A stretch of DNA of 41,142 bases, taken from assembly GCA_964551215.1 (NCBI GenBank), contig CAZKBV010000005.1, forward strand, positions 1-41,142, written 5' to 3'. Source of the DNA: an uncultured Oscillospiraceae bacterium (GTDB lineage: Bacteria; Bacillota; Clostridia; UMGS1883). The notes below the pieces were generated by a model, which saw only the letters and a list, made by a program, of their open reading frames with translations, did not search any database and had not been told where the DNA came from. Positions 7,980-17,500 of the stretch are shown piece after piece; the first letter of the stretch is position 1, and the number at the start of each line of letters is the position of its first letter. The translations under genes were made by a program, and so were the position numbers.

Positions 7980-9532
7980 GACGGTTACAAAACAAAAGAA
8001 CAAAAAAGAAAAGCAGAATCCCCCTTCTTATCTGCGTTTTGGCTCTCATTGCCGCCGCGTTTGGGGGAATCGCGGCCATTGCCGCCGCCGAGGCCGGTTC
8101 GGACAAGATAATCCGCAACGTATATGTGGATGACGTTCGCATAGGCGGGCTTAAAACCGAAGAAGCCGTGAAGCTGCTGGAGGAGGAATTTTCCTCCAGA
8201 AAAATAAAAATCAGCCTCCCCGATGGGCGGAGCCAAAGCTTTACCCCGGAGGAGCTGGGGCTTAATTACAAGACCGACGCCATTGTGGGGGAGGCCTACG
8301 AGCTGGGAAAAAGCAATAGCTTCGGCAAAAATGTGGCGGTCATATGCCGTTCCTTTTTTGCCCCCAAGCGTTACTCCTCCTCCTTGGCTCTGGTAAGCTC
8401 CGGCCCCGGAAAAGAGCTTCTGGACTTTGCCGAAGGCTATAAGGCTCAGCCCACAGAGTCCGCCTTTGAAATTCTTGAAGACAGAGTGGTTATAACCAAC
8501 GGCATGAACGGCTATGAGGTGGATGTGGACAAGCTGATTGAAACTGTCACCGGCGGAGAGGAATTTCCGCAGAATCTGGACGCGCCTATAAATGTACTGC
8601 CATTTACTTTGCCGGATATAGACGAAATATATAACAAGGCTGCCTCCGACCCGAGAGCGCCATATGCCAGAAACAACGACGGAAAAATCACCGCCACCGT
8701 AAAAAATTTCAATTTGGATATTGCCCGAAGCATACAGAAGGAAAATTCCGGTGAGGGGGACGTATACGAGTTTATTATGGATAGCGAAAGCGTGGCTCCA
8801 TTGGGGGACGAAAGCCTTTATCCCGAAGTGATGGGGGAGTGTACCACGCAGTTCAGCACGGGCAATGCCCCCAGAGCCGCAAATATAAGACTTGCCGCAA
8901 GCGTAATCAACGGCAGGGACCTTCTTCCGGGGGAGGAATTTTCCTTTAACGAAATAAACGGCGAAAGCACCACCGACAAGGGCTATCAGGTTTCAAAGGG
9001 CTATTCCGGCACGCAGGTGGTGGACAGTGTGGGCGGAGGAATATGTCAGGTCACAGGCACGATTTATACCGCCGCTCTTTACGCCGGACTTGAAATTACG
9101 GAGCGCACAAACCACTCCATGCCGGTATCCTATCTTCCTATGGGGCAGGATTCCACAATAAGCTATCCGAGGCTGGATTTGCGCTTTAAAAACTCCTTTG
9201 ACATACCTGTAAAGCTGTTTGCCTTTACAGACGGCGGAAGCATAACCGTGCAGATTCGGGGCAGAAAAAGCGACAAATTTGATGAAGTGAAAATTGAAAA
9301 TACGACCCTTTCCGTTTTGGAACCCTCCGAAAAGGAGGTGTCGGACGAAAGCCTTTCCCCCGGACAGCGGGTGGTAACGCAGAAGGGGGCGAAGGGATAT
9401 GTTGTGGAAACAGTCAGGGTTTACTATAAGGACGGCGTCCCCGTAAAGCGTGAAAATCTGGGAAAGAGTACATATAAAGCGCAGGAAAAAATTGTAAAGG
9501 TAGGTATTGAAAAGAATGAACAAGCCGAATAG
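7976..9532 (+). CDS. Membrane-anchored VanW-domain protein with C-terminal G5 domain
   Basis: N-terminal TM helix, R..NI.LAA..ING..L.PGEEFSFN, GGGICQV, ER.NHS, YLPMGQD, G5-like tail (QKGAKGY.V...R...G...RE..). Confidence 0.85.
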   Translation: MRRLQNKRTKKKSRIPLLICVLALIAAAFGGIAAIAAAEAGSDKIIRNVYVDDVRIGGLKTEEAVKLLEEEFSSRKIKISLPDGRSQSFTPEELGLNYKTDAIVGEAYELGKSNSFGKNVAVICRSFFAPKRYSSSLALVSSGPGKELLDFAEGYKAQPTESAFEILEDRVVITNGMNGYEVDVDKLIETVTGGEEFPQNLDAPINVLPFTLPDIDEIYNKAASDPRAPYARNNDGKITATVKNFNLDIARSIQKENSGEGDVYEFIMDSESVAPLGDESLYPEVMGECTTQFSTGNAPRAANIRLAASVINGRDLLPGEEFSFNEINGESTTDKGYQVSKGYSGTQVVDSVGGGICQVTGTIYTAALYAGLEITERTNHSMPVSYLPMGQDSTISYPRLDLRFKNSFDIPVKLFAFTDGGSITVQIRGRKSDKFDEVKIENTTLSVLEPSEKEVSDESLSPGQRVVTQKGAKGYVVETVRVYYKDGVPVKRENLGKSTYKAQEKIVKVGIEKNEQAE

Positions 9533-10004
9533 GATTAACAGAATAGCCAGCTTTAACGCGGATCACGATTTTATCGAGCCGGGAATATATATTTCCCGCA
9601 TAGACGGCGACGTTACAACCTTCGATATGCGTTGCCGCAAGCCCAACTGCGGAGAGTATATGGACAACGTAACAATGCACACCGTGGAGCATATGTTCGC
9701 CACATATATCAGAAATTCCAAAATAGGCGATAAGGTGATATATTTCGGGCCTATGGGCTGCCGCACAGGGTTTTACCTGCTCGTAAGGGACGCGGATAAG
9801 GATGTTGTTTTGGAGACGGTTTTTGAAACTCTGGAAAAAATCATCGCCCATGAGGGGCCTGTGTTCGGGGCCTCCCGTAAGGAGTGCGGAAATTACCGCG
9901 AGCTGCAGATAGAAAGCGCAAAGGCCGAGTGCGGACGGTACTTGAAGGCGCTTAAGGAGTGCGGAAGCATTGACTTTGAGTATAAGGAAGGCGACGGCAA
10001 ATGA
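9516..10004 (+). CDS. luxS: S-ribosylhomocysteine lyase (AI-2 synthase)
   Basis: HTVEH metal motif, GPMGCRTGFY, CGNY. Start is ATG 9516 or TTG 9507. Confidence 0.93.
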   Translation: MNKPNRINRIASFNADHDFIEPGIYISRIDGDVTTFDMRCRKPNCGEYMDNVTMHTVEHMFATYIRNSKIGDKVIYFGPMGCRTGFYLLVRDADKDVVLETVFETLEKIIAHEGPVFGASRKECGNYRELQIESAKAECGRYLKALKECGSIDFEYKEGDGK

Positions 10005-10687
10005 TTGGCATTATAGGAGCTATGGACATAGAGATTGACGCTCTCAAAAACGATATGACCGAAGCCGTCGGCGAAACAATAAGCGGAATAGAATTTACGA
10101 AAGGCCGTCTTTACGGCGTGGAGGCCGTCGTTGCCGTGTGCGGCATAGGCAAGGTCTTTGCGGCGATTTGCGCCCAGACAATGATACTGCGCTACGGGAC
10201 GGATTGCATCATAAATACCGGCGTGGGCGGTTCTCTTTCCGAAAGGCTTAACGTGGGAAGCATCGCCGTTGCGGAAAGTACCGTGCAGCACGATATGGAC
10301 ACTTCCCCCTTAGGGGATCCGAAGGGGCTTATAAGCGGCATAAATATCATAAATATTCCGGCGGACAGGGAGCTTTTGGAAAAAACGGAGGCCGCCGTAA
10401 AGCGGCTGGGCATAAATACTCTCACGGGAGTTATTGCCTCCGGAGATCGTTTCGTCGCCGGAGCAAAAGAAAAGAAGCGCATAAAGGATGAATTCGGCGC
10501 AATCGCCTGCGAGATGGAGGGGGCGGCAATCGGTCACGTGTGCTATGTAAACAATGTACCCTTCGCCGTGATACGCTCCATATCCGACAATGCCAACGGG
10601 GACGCGGCGGCGGATTATCCCGCCTTCAGAATTGAAGCGGCGGAAAAATCCAAGGCTGTTGTGGCGCGGCTTTTAAAAAGCCTGTAA
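10001..10687 (+). CDS. mtnN: 5'-methylthioadenosine/S-adenosylhomocysteine nucleosidase
   Basis: IGIIGAMDIE, GIGKV, INTGVGG, SGDRF, EMEGAA, IRSISD. Confidence 0.93.
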   Translation: MIGIIGAMDIEIDALKNDMTEAVGETISGIEFTKGRLYGVEAVVAVCGIGKVFAAICAQTMILRYGTDCIINTGVGGSLSERLNVGSIAVAESTVQHDMDTSPLGDPKGLISGINIINIPADRELLEKTEAAVKRLGINTLTGVIASGDRFVAGAKEKKRIKDEFGAIACEMEGAAIGHVCYVNNVPFAVIRSISDNANGDAAADYPAFRIEAAEKSKAVVARLLKSL

Positions 10688-10764
10688 TTTGTGATTTCCC
10701 GCGTGCGCTTTGGCGGCCTTTGGGCAACAGCCCAAAGCGAAACAGTGTAGCGCGTTGCTGCGCG

Positions 10765-10787
10765 GCGCGGGGGACATCCGCGCGTAG
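10765..10787. repeat. Dispersed hairpin repeat, copy of 35457-35479
   Basis: GCGCGGGGGACATCCGCGCGTAG identical at both sites. Confidence 0.8.
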
Positions 10788-10801
10788 GTTATTTCAGCTT
10801 T

Positions 10802-10907
10802 TTATCCGAACAAATTTTTTGCTTGCGCCTATTGTTCACGTTTAAATTAATAAAAATTTACAAATTTTACAAAAACTCTTGCAAAAGTATAAAAAAAGGT
10901 GTAAAAT
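10802..10907 (+). promoter_or_regulatory. sigmaA promoter of the permease with candidate PurR boxes
   Basis: TTGCAA 10879-10884, 17 bp, TAAAAT 10902-10907. TTATCCGAACAAAT 10802-10815 and inverted ATTGTTCACGTTT 10831-10843. Confidence 0.5.
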
Positions 10908-10971
10908 AAAAATGGCCTTGCGGTAATTGACCGTTCGGTCTAAATTATTTAAAACTTAGGAGGAGTTTCAA

Positions 10972-12312
10972 ATGGAAAAACTGTTTAAGCTCAAAGAACA
11001 CGGCACCAACGTGAAAACGGAGATTATCGCCGGTATCACCACCTTCCTTGCGATGGTGTACATACTCGCGGTAAACCCCAACTATCTTTCCGCCGCGGGA
11101 ATGGACAAGGCGGCTGTATTTACGGCTACGGCCTTATCGGCGGCTATAGCGACCCTGTGCATGGCGTTCTTTGCCAATTACCCCGTGGCTCTTGCTTCGG
11201 GCATGGGTCTGAACGCGTTCTTCGCGTTTACCGTATGCGGTCAGATGGGTTACAGCTATAAGGTTGCCCTTACCGCTGTTTTCGTTGAAGGTATTATTTT
11301 CATCCTGCTCTCCCTGTTCAAGTTCAGAGAGGCGCTTGTAAACCAGATTCCCACAAACCTTAAGCTCGGTATTACGGCAGGTATAGGTTTGTTCATTACG
11401 ATTATAGCCCTTATCGGCTCGGGAGTTGTGGCGTCGGATCCTTCCACAACCGTTACTGTCGGTGATTTTGCGGCTCCCGAATTTGTGCTTTCCATTTTGG
11501 GTCTTATTATAATAGGAATACTCCACCACTATAAGGTTCCGGGCGATATTATTCTCGGTATTTTGGCAACGTGGGTGCTTGGCATGATCGCCGAGAAGAT
11601 AGGCTGGTATGTTGTCGATCCCGAAGCCGGCAAATATTCTCTTTTCCCCGATTTCTCCAACGGAATCAACCTTGCGGCTCCGGCAATGTTCCAGTTTGAT
11701 TTTGCTTTTGTGAAGGACAACATAGCCTCGTTCCTGTTTATTGTGTTTACTTTCCTTTACACGGATATTTTCGACACAGCCGGAACCCTTATCGGCGTTG
11801 CCGAAAAAGGCAACCTTCTTGATAAGGACGGCAAGCTTCCCAAGGCCGGCGGCGCGTTGATGGCCGACGCGGTTGGTACCGTTGTAGGCGCTTGCATGGG
11901 TACTTCCACGGTTACAAGCTATGTTGAATCCAGCGCGGGCGTCGCGGCAGGCGGACGGACGGGTCTTACCTCCGTTACAACAGCCGTTCTCTTTATCGTG
12001 GCTCTTGTTCTTTCGCCGATATTCCTTGCAATTCCTACCTTTGCGACAACACCGGCTATGCTTTATGTGGGGCTTTTGATGCTCAGCTCAATTAAGAAGA
12101 TGTCCTTCGACGGGGACATTGCCGACGTTATCGGCGGCTTCCTTGCCGTAGTTATCATGCCCTTTACATACTCCATCGCTACAGGTATCATGTTCGGCAT
12201 GATCGCGTGGGTTGTTCTTAAGATATTCACAGGCAAATTCAAGGATATCAGCCCCGTAATGTGGATTTCCGTCGCGCTGTTTGCCCTGTATATCGCCACA
12301 AAGGTAATGTAA
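10972..12312 (+). CDS. NCS2/AzgA-family purine permease
   Basis: EIIAGITTFLAMVYILAVNP, GMGLNAFF, DIFDTAGTL, YVESSAG..AGGRTG, MPFTYSIATG. Many TM helices. Confidence 0.93.
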   Translation: MEKLFKLKEHGTNVKTEIIAGITTFLAMVYILAVNPNYLSAAGMDKAAVFTATALSAAIATLCMAFFANYPVALASGMGLNAFFAFTVCGQMGYSYKVALTAVFVEGIIFILLSLFKFREALVNQIPTNLKLGITAGIGLFITIIALIGSGVVASDPSTTVTVGDFAAPEFVLSILGLIIIGILHHYKVPGDIILGILATWVLGMIAEKIGWYVVDPEAGKYSLFPDFSNGINLAAPAMFQFDFAFVKDNIASFLFIVFTFLYTDIFDTAGTLIGVAEKGNLLDKDGKLPKAGGALMADAVGTVVGACMGTSTVTSYVESSAGVAAGGRTGLTSVTTAVLFIVALVLSPIFLAIPTFATTPAMLYVGLLMLSSIKKMSFDGDIADVIGGFLAVVIMPFTYSIATGIMFGMIAWVVLKIFTGKFKDISPVMWISVALFALYIATKVM

Positions 12313-12342
12313 ATAATTTCCGAGAAAGGTGTTAATTAAGGC

Positions 12343-12909
12343 ATGAAAACATCTTATGAAATGACTATTGCGGGAATTAAGCGCAGTCTCCCGCTGTTCC
12401 CCATAAGCGACGAGCTTCAGATTGCGGCCTTTATCATGTTCGGCGACGTTGAAATTACTGTCGCGGCGGCTAAGGCTCTCCTTGAAATAGCTCCCGAACA
12501 CGACATTATGATGACGGCGGAGTGCAAGAGTATACCGCTTGTATATGAAATGGCTCGGCAGGAAAAGGCGGACAATTATATTATTGCCCGTAAAGGGCCG
12601 AAGCTTTACATGAGAGATGTGCTTAAAACTCCCGTTCACTCCATAACCACCGCCAATGAGCAGATACTCTGTATAGGCGCGGACGACGTTGAAGCCATAA
12701 AGGGGAAAAGGGTGCTTATTGTGGACGATGTTATAAGCACCGGCGAATCTTTGGCGGCCATGGAGGAGCTTATCGGCAAGGCCGGCGGAAACATTGTGGG
12801 CAAAATGGCTGTTCTGGCCGAGGGCGACGCGAAGGACAGAACGGACATTACCGTTTTGGCGCCGCTGCCGCTGTTTGATAAAAACGGCGAACCAATCATA
12901 AATAAATAA
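12343..12909 (+). CDS. Purine (adenine/xanthine-type) phosphoribosyltransferase family protein
   Basis: PRPP-binding motif VLIVDDVISTGES, ARK loop, downstream of a purine permease. Confidence 0.85.
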   Translation: MKTSYEMTIAGIKRSLPLFPISDELQIAAFIMFGDVEITVAAAKALLEIAPEHDIMMTAECKSIPLVYEMARQEKADNYIIARKGPKLYMRDVLKTPVHSITTANEQILCIGADDVEAIKGKRVLIVDDVISTGESLAAMEELIGKAGGNIVGKMAVLAEGDAKDRTDITVLAPLPLFDKNGEPIINK

Positions 12910-12978
12910 TTTTTCGGGACTGTACCGAACGATATATTTGGTTTACGGTTTTTAGAGGTAATAATAATCAACATTTTT

Positions 12979-13014
12979 AACGGGGACGCAAATTTATGAA
13001 TTTGCGCCCCGTTT
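12979..13014 (+). terminator. Probable terminator of the permease-PRTase operon
   Basis: AACGGGG(A)CGCAAATT / AATTTGCGCCCCGTT stem. Confidence 0.55.
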
Positions 13015-13071
13015 GTATTGCTGCGGTAAGGCGTTTTGCTGTTTTACATAAGGGGGTTGACAAAAAGGGGA

Positions 13072-13100
13072 TTGACAAAATTTTTAGACTGATGTATAAT
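13072..13100 (+). promoter_or_regulatory. Consensus sigmaA promoter
   Basis: TTGACA 13072-13077, 17 bp, TATAAT 13095-13100. Confidence 0.75.
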
Positions 13101-13164
13101 GATTTTATAAAAACCGATGAAAAGGTTTTTAAACGATAAAATAACAAAATGGAGGTTAACGAAA

Positions 13165-14412
13165 ATGAAAAAAACAATCATGGCTTTTATAATCGGGCTT
13201 GCGTTGTCCGCCATGCCTGTCTTGGCGGCGGAAAACCTATCCGTGACAGTGCCGAGGTTTAAAATCACAATCAACAATGTGGAAATTGAAAACGAAAAAA
13301 GCGAGTATCCGTTCATAACTTATAATGACGTCACCTACGCGCCAATGACGTATAAGCTTTGCCGTTTAATGGGGCTGAAAACGGAGTTCGCCGCCACGCA
13401 AAGCGGAAGGTACGCCTTTTATGTTGGCAATTGCGAGGAATATTCCGACGCTTATATCTCCGAGGACGGCACAGCCGCAAACGGGGAAGGGTACTATACA
13501 GCCGAAATTCCCGAATACGCGGTATATATCAACGATACGACAAGGGAAACGGATTATTCCGATATGGAATATCCGATAATTAATTTTAGGGGAGTAACCT
13601 ATATTCCCCTTACGTGGGGCTTTATCAATGATGAATTCGACTGGAAATATTCATTCGACAGCGAAAACGGCCTTGTTATTGACACTCGGGATTCCTCCAA
13701 GCCGGAGCTTGACTCGTCAAGTATATACGCGGATACTTCGTCCGCGGGATACACCTTATATGTGGAAGGAGACGACGGTTACGCGGGATATCCTTCTTCC
13801 ACCTACGGCGGTCAATATAAGTTTGTTTGGGCCGAGAAGGGGCATGAAGAGACGACGTTCAGCCTTGAAAAGGAGCTTTCGGAGTTAAATATTACATATT
13901 TTGCCGAACAAATCGACGATAACGGGCTTGTTACCTTCATAAATCCGTCTCTTAAGGGGAATATACTTACAATCGCCTGCATATCCGGCGGCGGTGACGG
14001 AAAATCAAATGAAAATATGGCCTTAAAAATTGATATGTCCCAAGGGAAAATCATCAGCGCGGAAAAAGCGGTCTTTCTTCCCGATAACAGCAAAAGATAT
14101 TCCTATTCTTTCGCTCAAGACGAAATATTGCGCTCCGATTTCTGCGTCATCCCCACAACGGGAACCACATCAATTATTGTGGAAATAGTGGGAGATACTC
14201 AGCAGGAGCATGAGCTTACCTTTAAGCTTGTGAACGCAAGCAGTTTGGAGGAGGTTAATAGCACGGATTTTATTATTGACGACGGTAGCGTTGAGCTTTT
14301 CATTCCATACTACGACGCGGGCATTAAATCAAGTGAAATGTACTATATTGTTTTGGAAGCTAAGGGTAAAACCGAAGCGTCCGGCCAAGTATATGTTCAC
14401 GGCGCGCAATAA
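13165..14412 (+). CDS. Secreted/surface hypothetical protein with duplicated N-terminal (stalk/copper-amine-oxidase-N-like) module
   Basis: GGAGG RBS then MKKTIMAFIIGLALSAMPVLA signal peptide. Internal repeat EYPFITYNDVTYAPMTY vs EYPIINFRGVTYIPLTW. Confidence 0.7.
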   Translation: MKKTIMAFIIGLALSAMPVLAAENLSVTVPRFKITINNVEIENEKSEYPFITYNDVTYAPMTYKLCRLMGLKTEFAATQSGRYAFYVGNCEEYSDAYISEDGTAANGEGYYTAEIPEYAVYINDTTRETDYSDMEYPIINFRGVTYIPLTWGFINDEFDWKYSFDSENGLVIDTRDSSKPELDSSSIYADTSSAGYTLYVEGDDGYAGYPSSTYGGQYKFVWAEKGHEETTFSLEKELSELNITYFAEQIDDNGLVTFINPSLKGNILTIACISGGGDGKSNENMALKIDMSQGKIISAEKAVFLPDNSKRYSYSFAQDEILRSDFCVIPTTGTTSIIVEIVGDTQQEHELTFKLVNASSLEEVNSTDFIIDDGSVELFIPYYDAGIKSSEMYYIVLEAKGKTEASGQVYVHGAQ

Positions 14413-14444
14413 GCGTAAGCGGCCGTTACGAAAGGGGTATTGGT

Positions 14445-14524
14445 AGGGGGAAGCCAAGCGGCTTTCCCCTTAAATTTTGCTGATTTTTTATGTAAACAAA
14501 GGGGGAACCGTTTCGGTTCCCCCT
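14445..14524. terminator. Two GC-rich hairpins between convergent genes
   Basis: AGGGGGAAGCC-AAGC-GGCTTTCCCCT (14445-14470) and AGGGGGAACCG-TTT-CGGTTCCCCCT (14500-14524). Confidence 0.7.
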
Positions 14525-14531
14525 CGATTTT

Positions 14532-17500
14532 TTAATAGTACTGGTAGCTTCTTATATATTCACATTCAAGACCCGTGTTCCACACGGTGGTGCTGTCCGG
14601 TTCGCTTTCCCACGCGCCTATGCCGGTATTTAGAATGAGATACATATTTTTTTGATAGCTGGTATCGGGAGCCTTGAAATACGCGCTTCCGTTTACATAC
14701 ATTGTCATATAGTTATAGCCCCAGTCTATGGCGAAGGTATGGTACTGGGTGCGGAGATTGCCTACCGCGCTGCTGGTCTGCCATCCGGCGCCCTCGGTTC
14801 CGCCGTGGGTGGCGGTGTACCATGTTGAAGTACCCTTGCTGGACAGATATTCAAACATATCCGTTTCTGGAGGCCAGCTGTCGCGGCCGTTAAGCCAGAA
14901 GGCCGTCCAGTAGCCGCGAGGGCTGTTGGGCTGTTTGAAGCTGCCTTCAATATAGCTGCCCTTGTTGTAAACCTTACTGTTTATGCTGATAACGCCCGTC
15001 CACGCCACGTAACGTTTCCAAGTTCCGCCGTTGATGGAGTCGCTGTAGCCCGTCTGTCCGGATGAGTTCTTAATCCACTCGTTGTCGCCTCTCTTTGTCG
15101 CCTTAAGAAGCACTCTTCCGCCGCTTACAACAACGTTGCTGTCGCGGTGAACCGCGCTGTGGTTGTGATAGTTTGCGTACCAGGGATAGCCCTTGTACCA
15201 CTGACTGCTGAGCGTGCTGCCGTTAAAGGAGTCGGAAACGTAGCTGTTGGCTTCGTTTCTCAAATGGAAGGTGCAGGCCTTTCTAATTCCGCTTCCGGTG
15301 TTATCGGTTATTTCGGCAACCGTTATTATGCTTCCGTTAAGACGAAGGTAAAGCTTAGGATTGCGGTAAAGCTGATAGGAGAAGGCCGTGCTTCCCGCGC
15401 CGCAAATGTTGTTGACCTTGTTAAAGGTGGCGTCTCGGCGGAATTGATCGGTGTCGGAATACTTCTGCACGCTTACGTTCCAGCTTGTATCGGCAACCAC
15501 AAAATATCCCGGCTTATCCATAAGCTCGAAGGAGACGCTTTCGGGGTCGGCGAGGCCGCGTCGTTCCACAATTCTTGTGTAGTAGGGGTTCTGATTGCTT
15601 GATACGCCCAGAGCCGAACCGGCGGCGTTGGCGTGTACCACGTAATAGCCGTTGCCGGCGTATTCGTTTTCAAGGCGGATAACGCCGTTTACGGCCGCCA
15701 AGGAATTTTTGGAGACGCCTGTGTCTATAACTTCAATATTGTCAATATAGATATTTCCGCTGGTTCCCGCGCCGGTGTTGATTATAAGGGTGTTTATGGG
15801 TTTATTTACCCAATCCGCGCCGTCGCCGGTAGGTATCGTAACAGTACGGCTTGAAACGAGCGAGCCGTCGGTAACCTTTACCGTCATATTGCCGAGGTTG
15901 GGATTTACGCTGATTTCAAAGCTCCAAACCTTATCCGTGCCGAGACGGTTGCTGCCGGTGCCGACAAGAGCGGAATAGCTGCCCTTATTGTACCATATGG
16001 AGCTGTTCATGTTAAATTGCATACCGTCTGTCTGGGGGCTGAATCGGGCTTGAAGGGCGAGAGGATTGGTCGTATCGTCGCCGCCCTCGTTGTGGCCCCG
16101 TCCCAAAGCGAAGCCGCCGTATTCTCCCGATATGGGAGCGTACATATCGAACTTAAGCTTTGTTATATTTGTTTTGGAAAATTCGGGAAGGTCAATATAG
16201 GCGAACACGCCGCCCGCGCCCTTTGTGCTGTCGCCGTCGCGGCTTACGAGGTCGTAAAGGTGGAGGGCGTTGCCTCCCATGAGGGATCTCTCAATGTTTA
16301 CATCCAGCATTGTTCCGTAGGAGGAGGTGTAGCTTTGATTGGTTTCCTTTATAAGAGCCGAGGATATTCCGTCAATTTCGTCGCGAATCTTTTCCCCGGC
16401 GGTAAAGCCGGAAAAGTCCTCGCTGAACATTACGGTTCCTTCTGTTACGTCGGAATCGGGTACGGCGGTGACGGAGAAATCGTCGATGTACATTTCGCAC
16501 TTTCCGCCCGCGCCGGAGTTAAACATAATGGTATTTACGCTGCTGTTGCTCCATGTCTGAGTTATGGTGCGCTCATTGTTAAACAGGCCGTACCGAACTA
16601 TGGAGGATTCCGTTCTGCTTCCGTCGGAAACGGTCACTATAACCGTATTGGAGCTTTCGTCAACGTCAAGAGCCACATCCCACAGGCAGTTGGAGCTGAA
16701 GGCTGTGCCGGAGCCGAGAAGGGAGGTTTGGCTGCCCTCGTTATAGGTTATGGAGCGCATATAATTGAAGCTCATCTTGTTTTTGCCGGAGGGCGAAAGC
16801 CTGAGCTGGAACGCCACAGGGTGGGAGGTATCGGCGCCGCCCTTGACGGTTCCGCCGCTGAGGGTAAGCCCGGCCCACTGGGCGTTATAGGTGTTGTCTT
16901 CAATGGTGTTGGGAACGAACCACTTGAATCGAATTTTATAATGCTCCGACGGAATTTCCAGCTTATGGAAAACTCCTATGCTTCCCGCGCCGGTGGTTTC
17001 GTCGCCGTCGCGATCGACATTATCGTATATGTGTAGGGCTGTGTTGCCTTCGCTCATGCCCATTGCCGCCGGGGAAAGAGCGAAGTCGGCGAAAAGGTCG
17101 GTTCCCTTGGAGGGAGTATAGTCGGTATAGGTCATTTCATTGAGAGCCGCGCTGCCCCAGCCGGATTCCGAGCCGTCGGCGCTGTCGCCAACAACCTCGC
17201 CGTTTAAGCCCTCAAAATCCGTATATTCGCCTACGGTAACGCCGGAAAGGTCGTTCATGGGGCCGTAGGCTTCAAAGGCGGTTACGCTAAACCAGTCGCC
17301 ACTGTCCTCAACGAGGCCTTCATCGGTTATTTTATTGGCTTTCCAGCCGTAGCCCCTTATGCGGACATAGGCCGCCGTTTCGGGAGAAAAGCTGAAATAT
17401 TCAACGGAATTTGTCCGACCGGAGGAATAGCGGGGCGAGATGATTTCGTTCCACATTTCGCCGTCGTCGGATATATCCACCGCAAAGAGAGAGTAGCGGC

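Noticed and set aside
7976-9532. VanW as evidence of vancomycin resistance
   Set aside because: No vanHAX/vanRS genes. VanW-G5 proteins are common housekeeping cell-envelope proteins in Clostridia.
10908-10971. Purine riboswitch before the NCS2 permease
   Set aside because: Leader too short and lacks the AUAUGG/UUUCUACC/CCGUAAA core.
12981-12992. GGGACGCAAA resembling the c-di-GMP-I riboswitch core
   Set aside because: No upstream GGCAAA/GNRA stem or second stem. It is one arm of a simple terminator hairpin.
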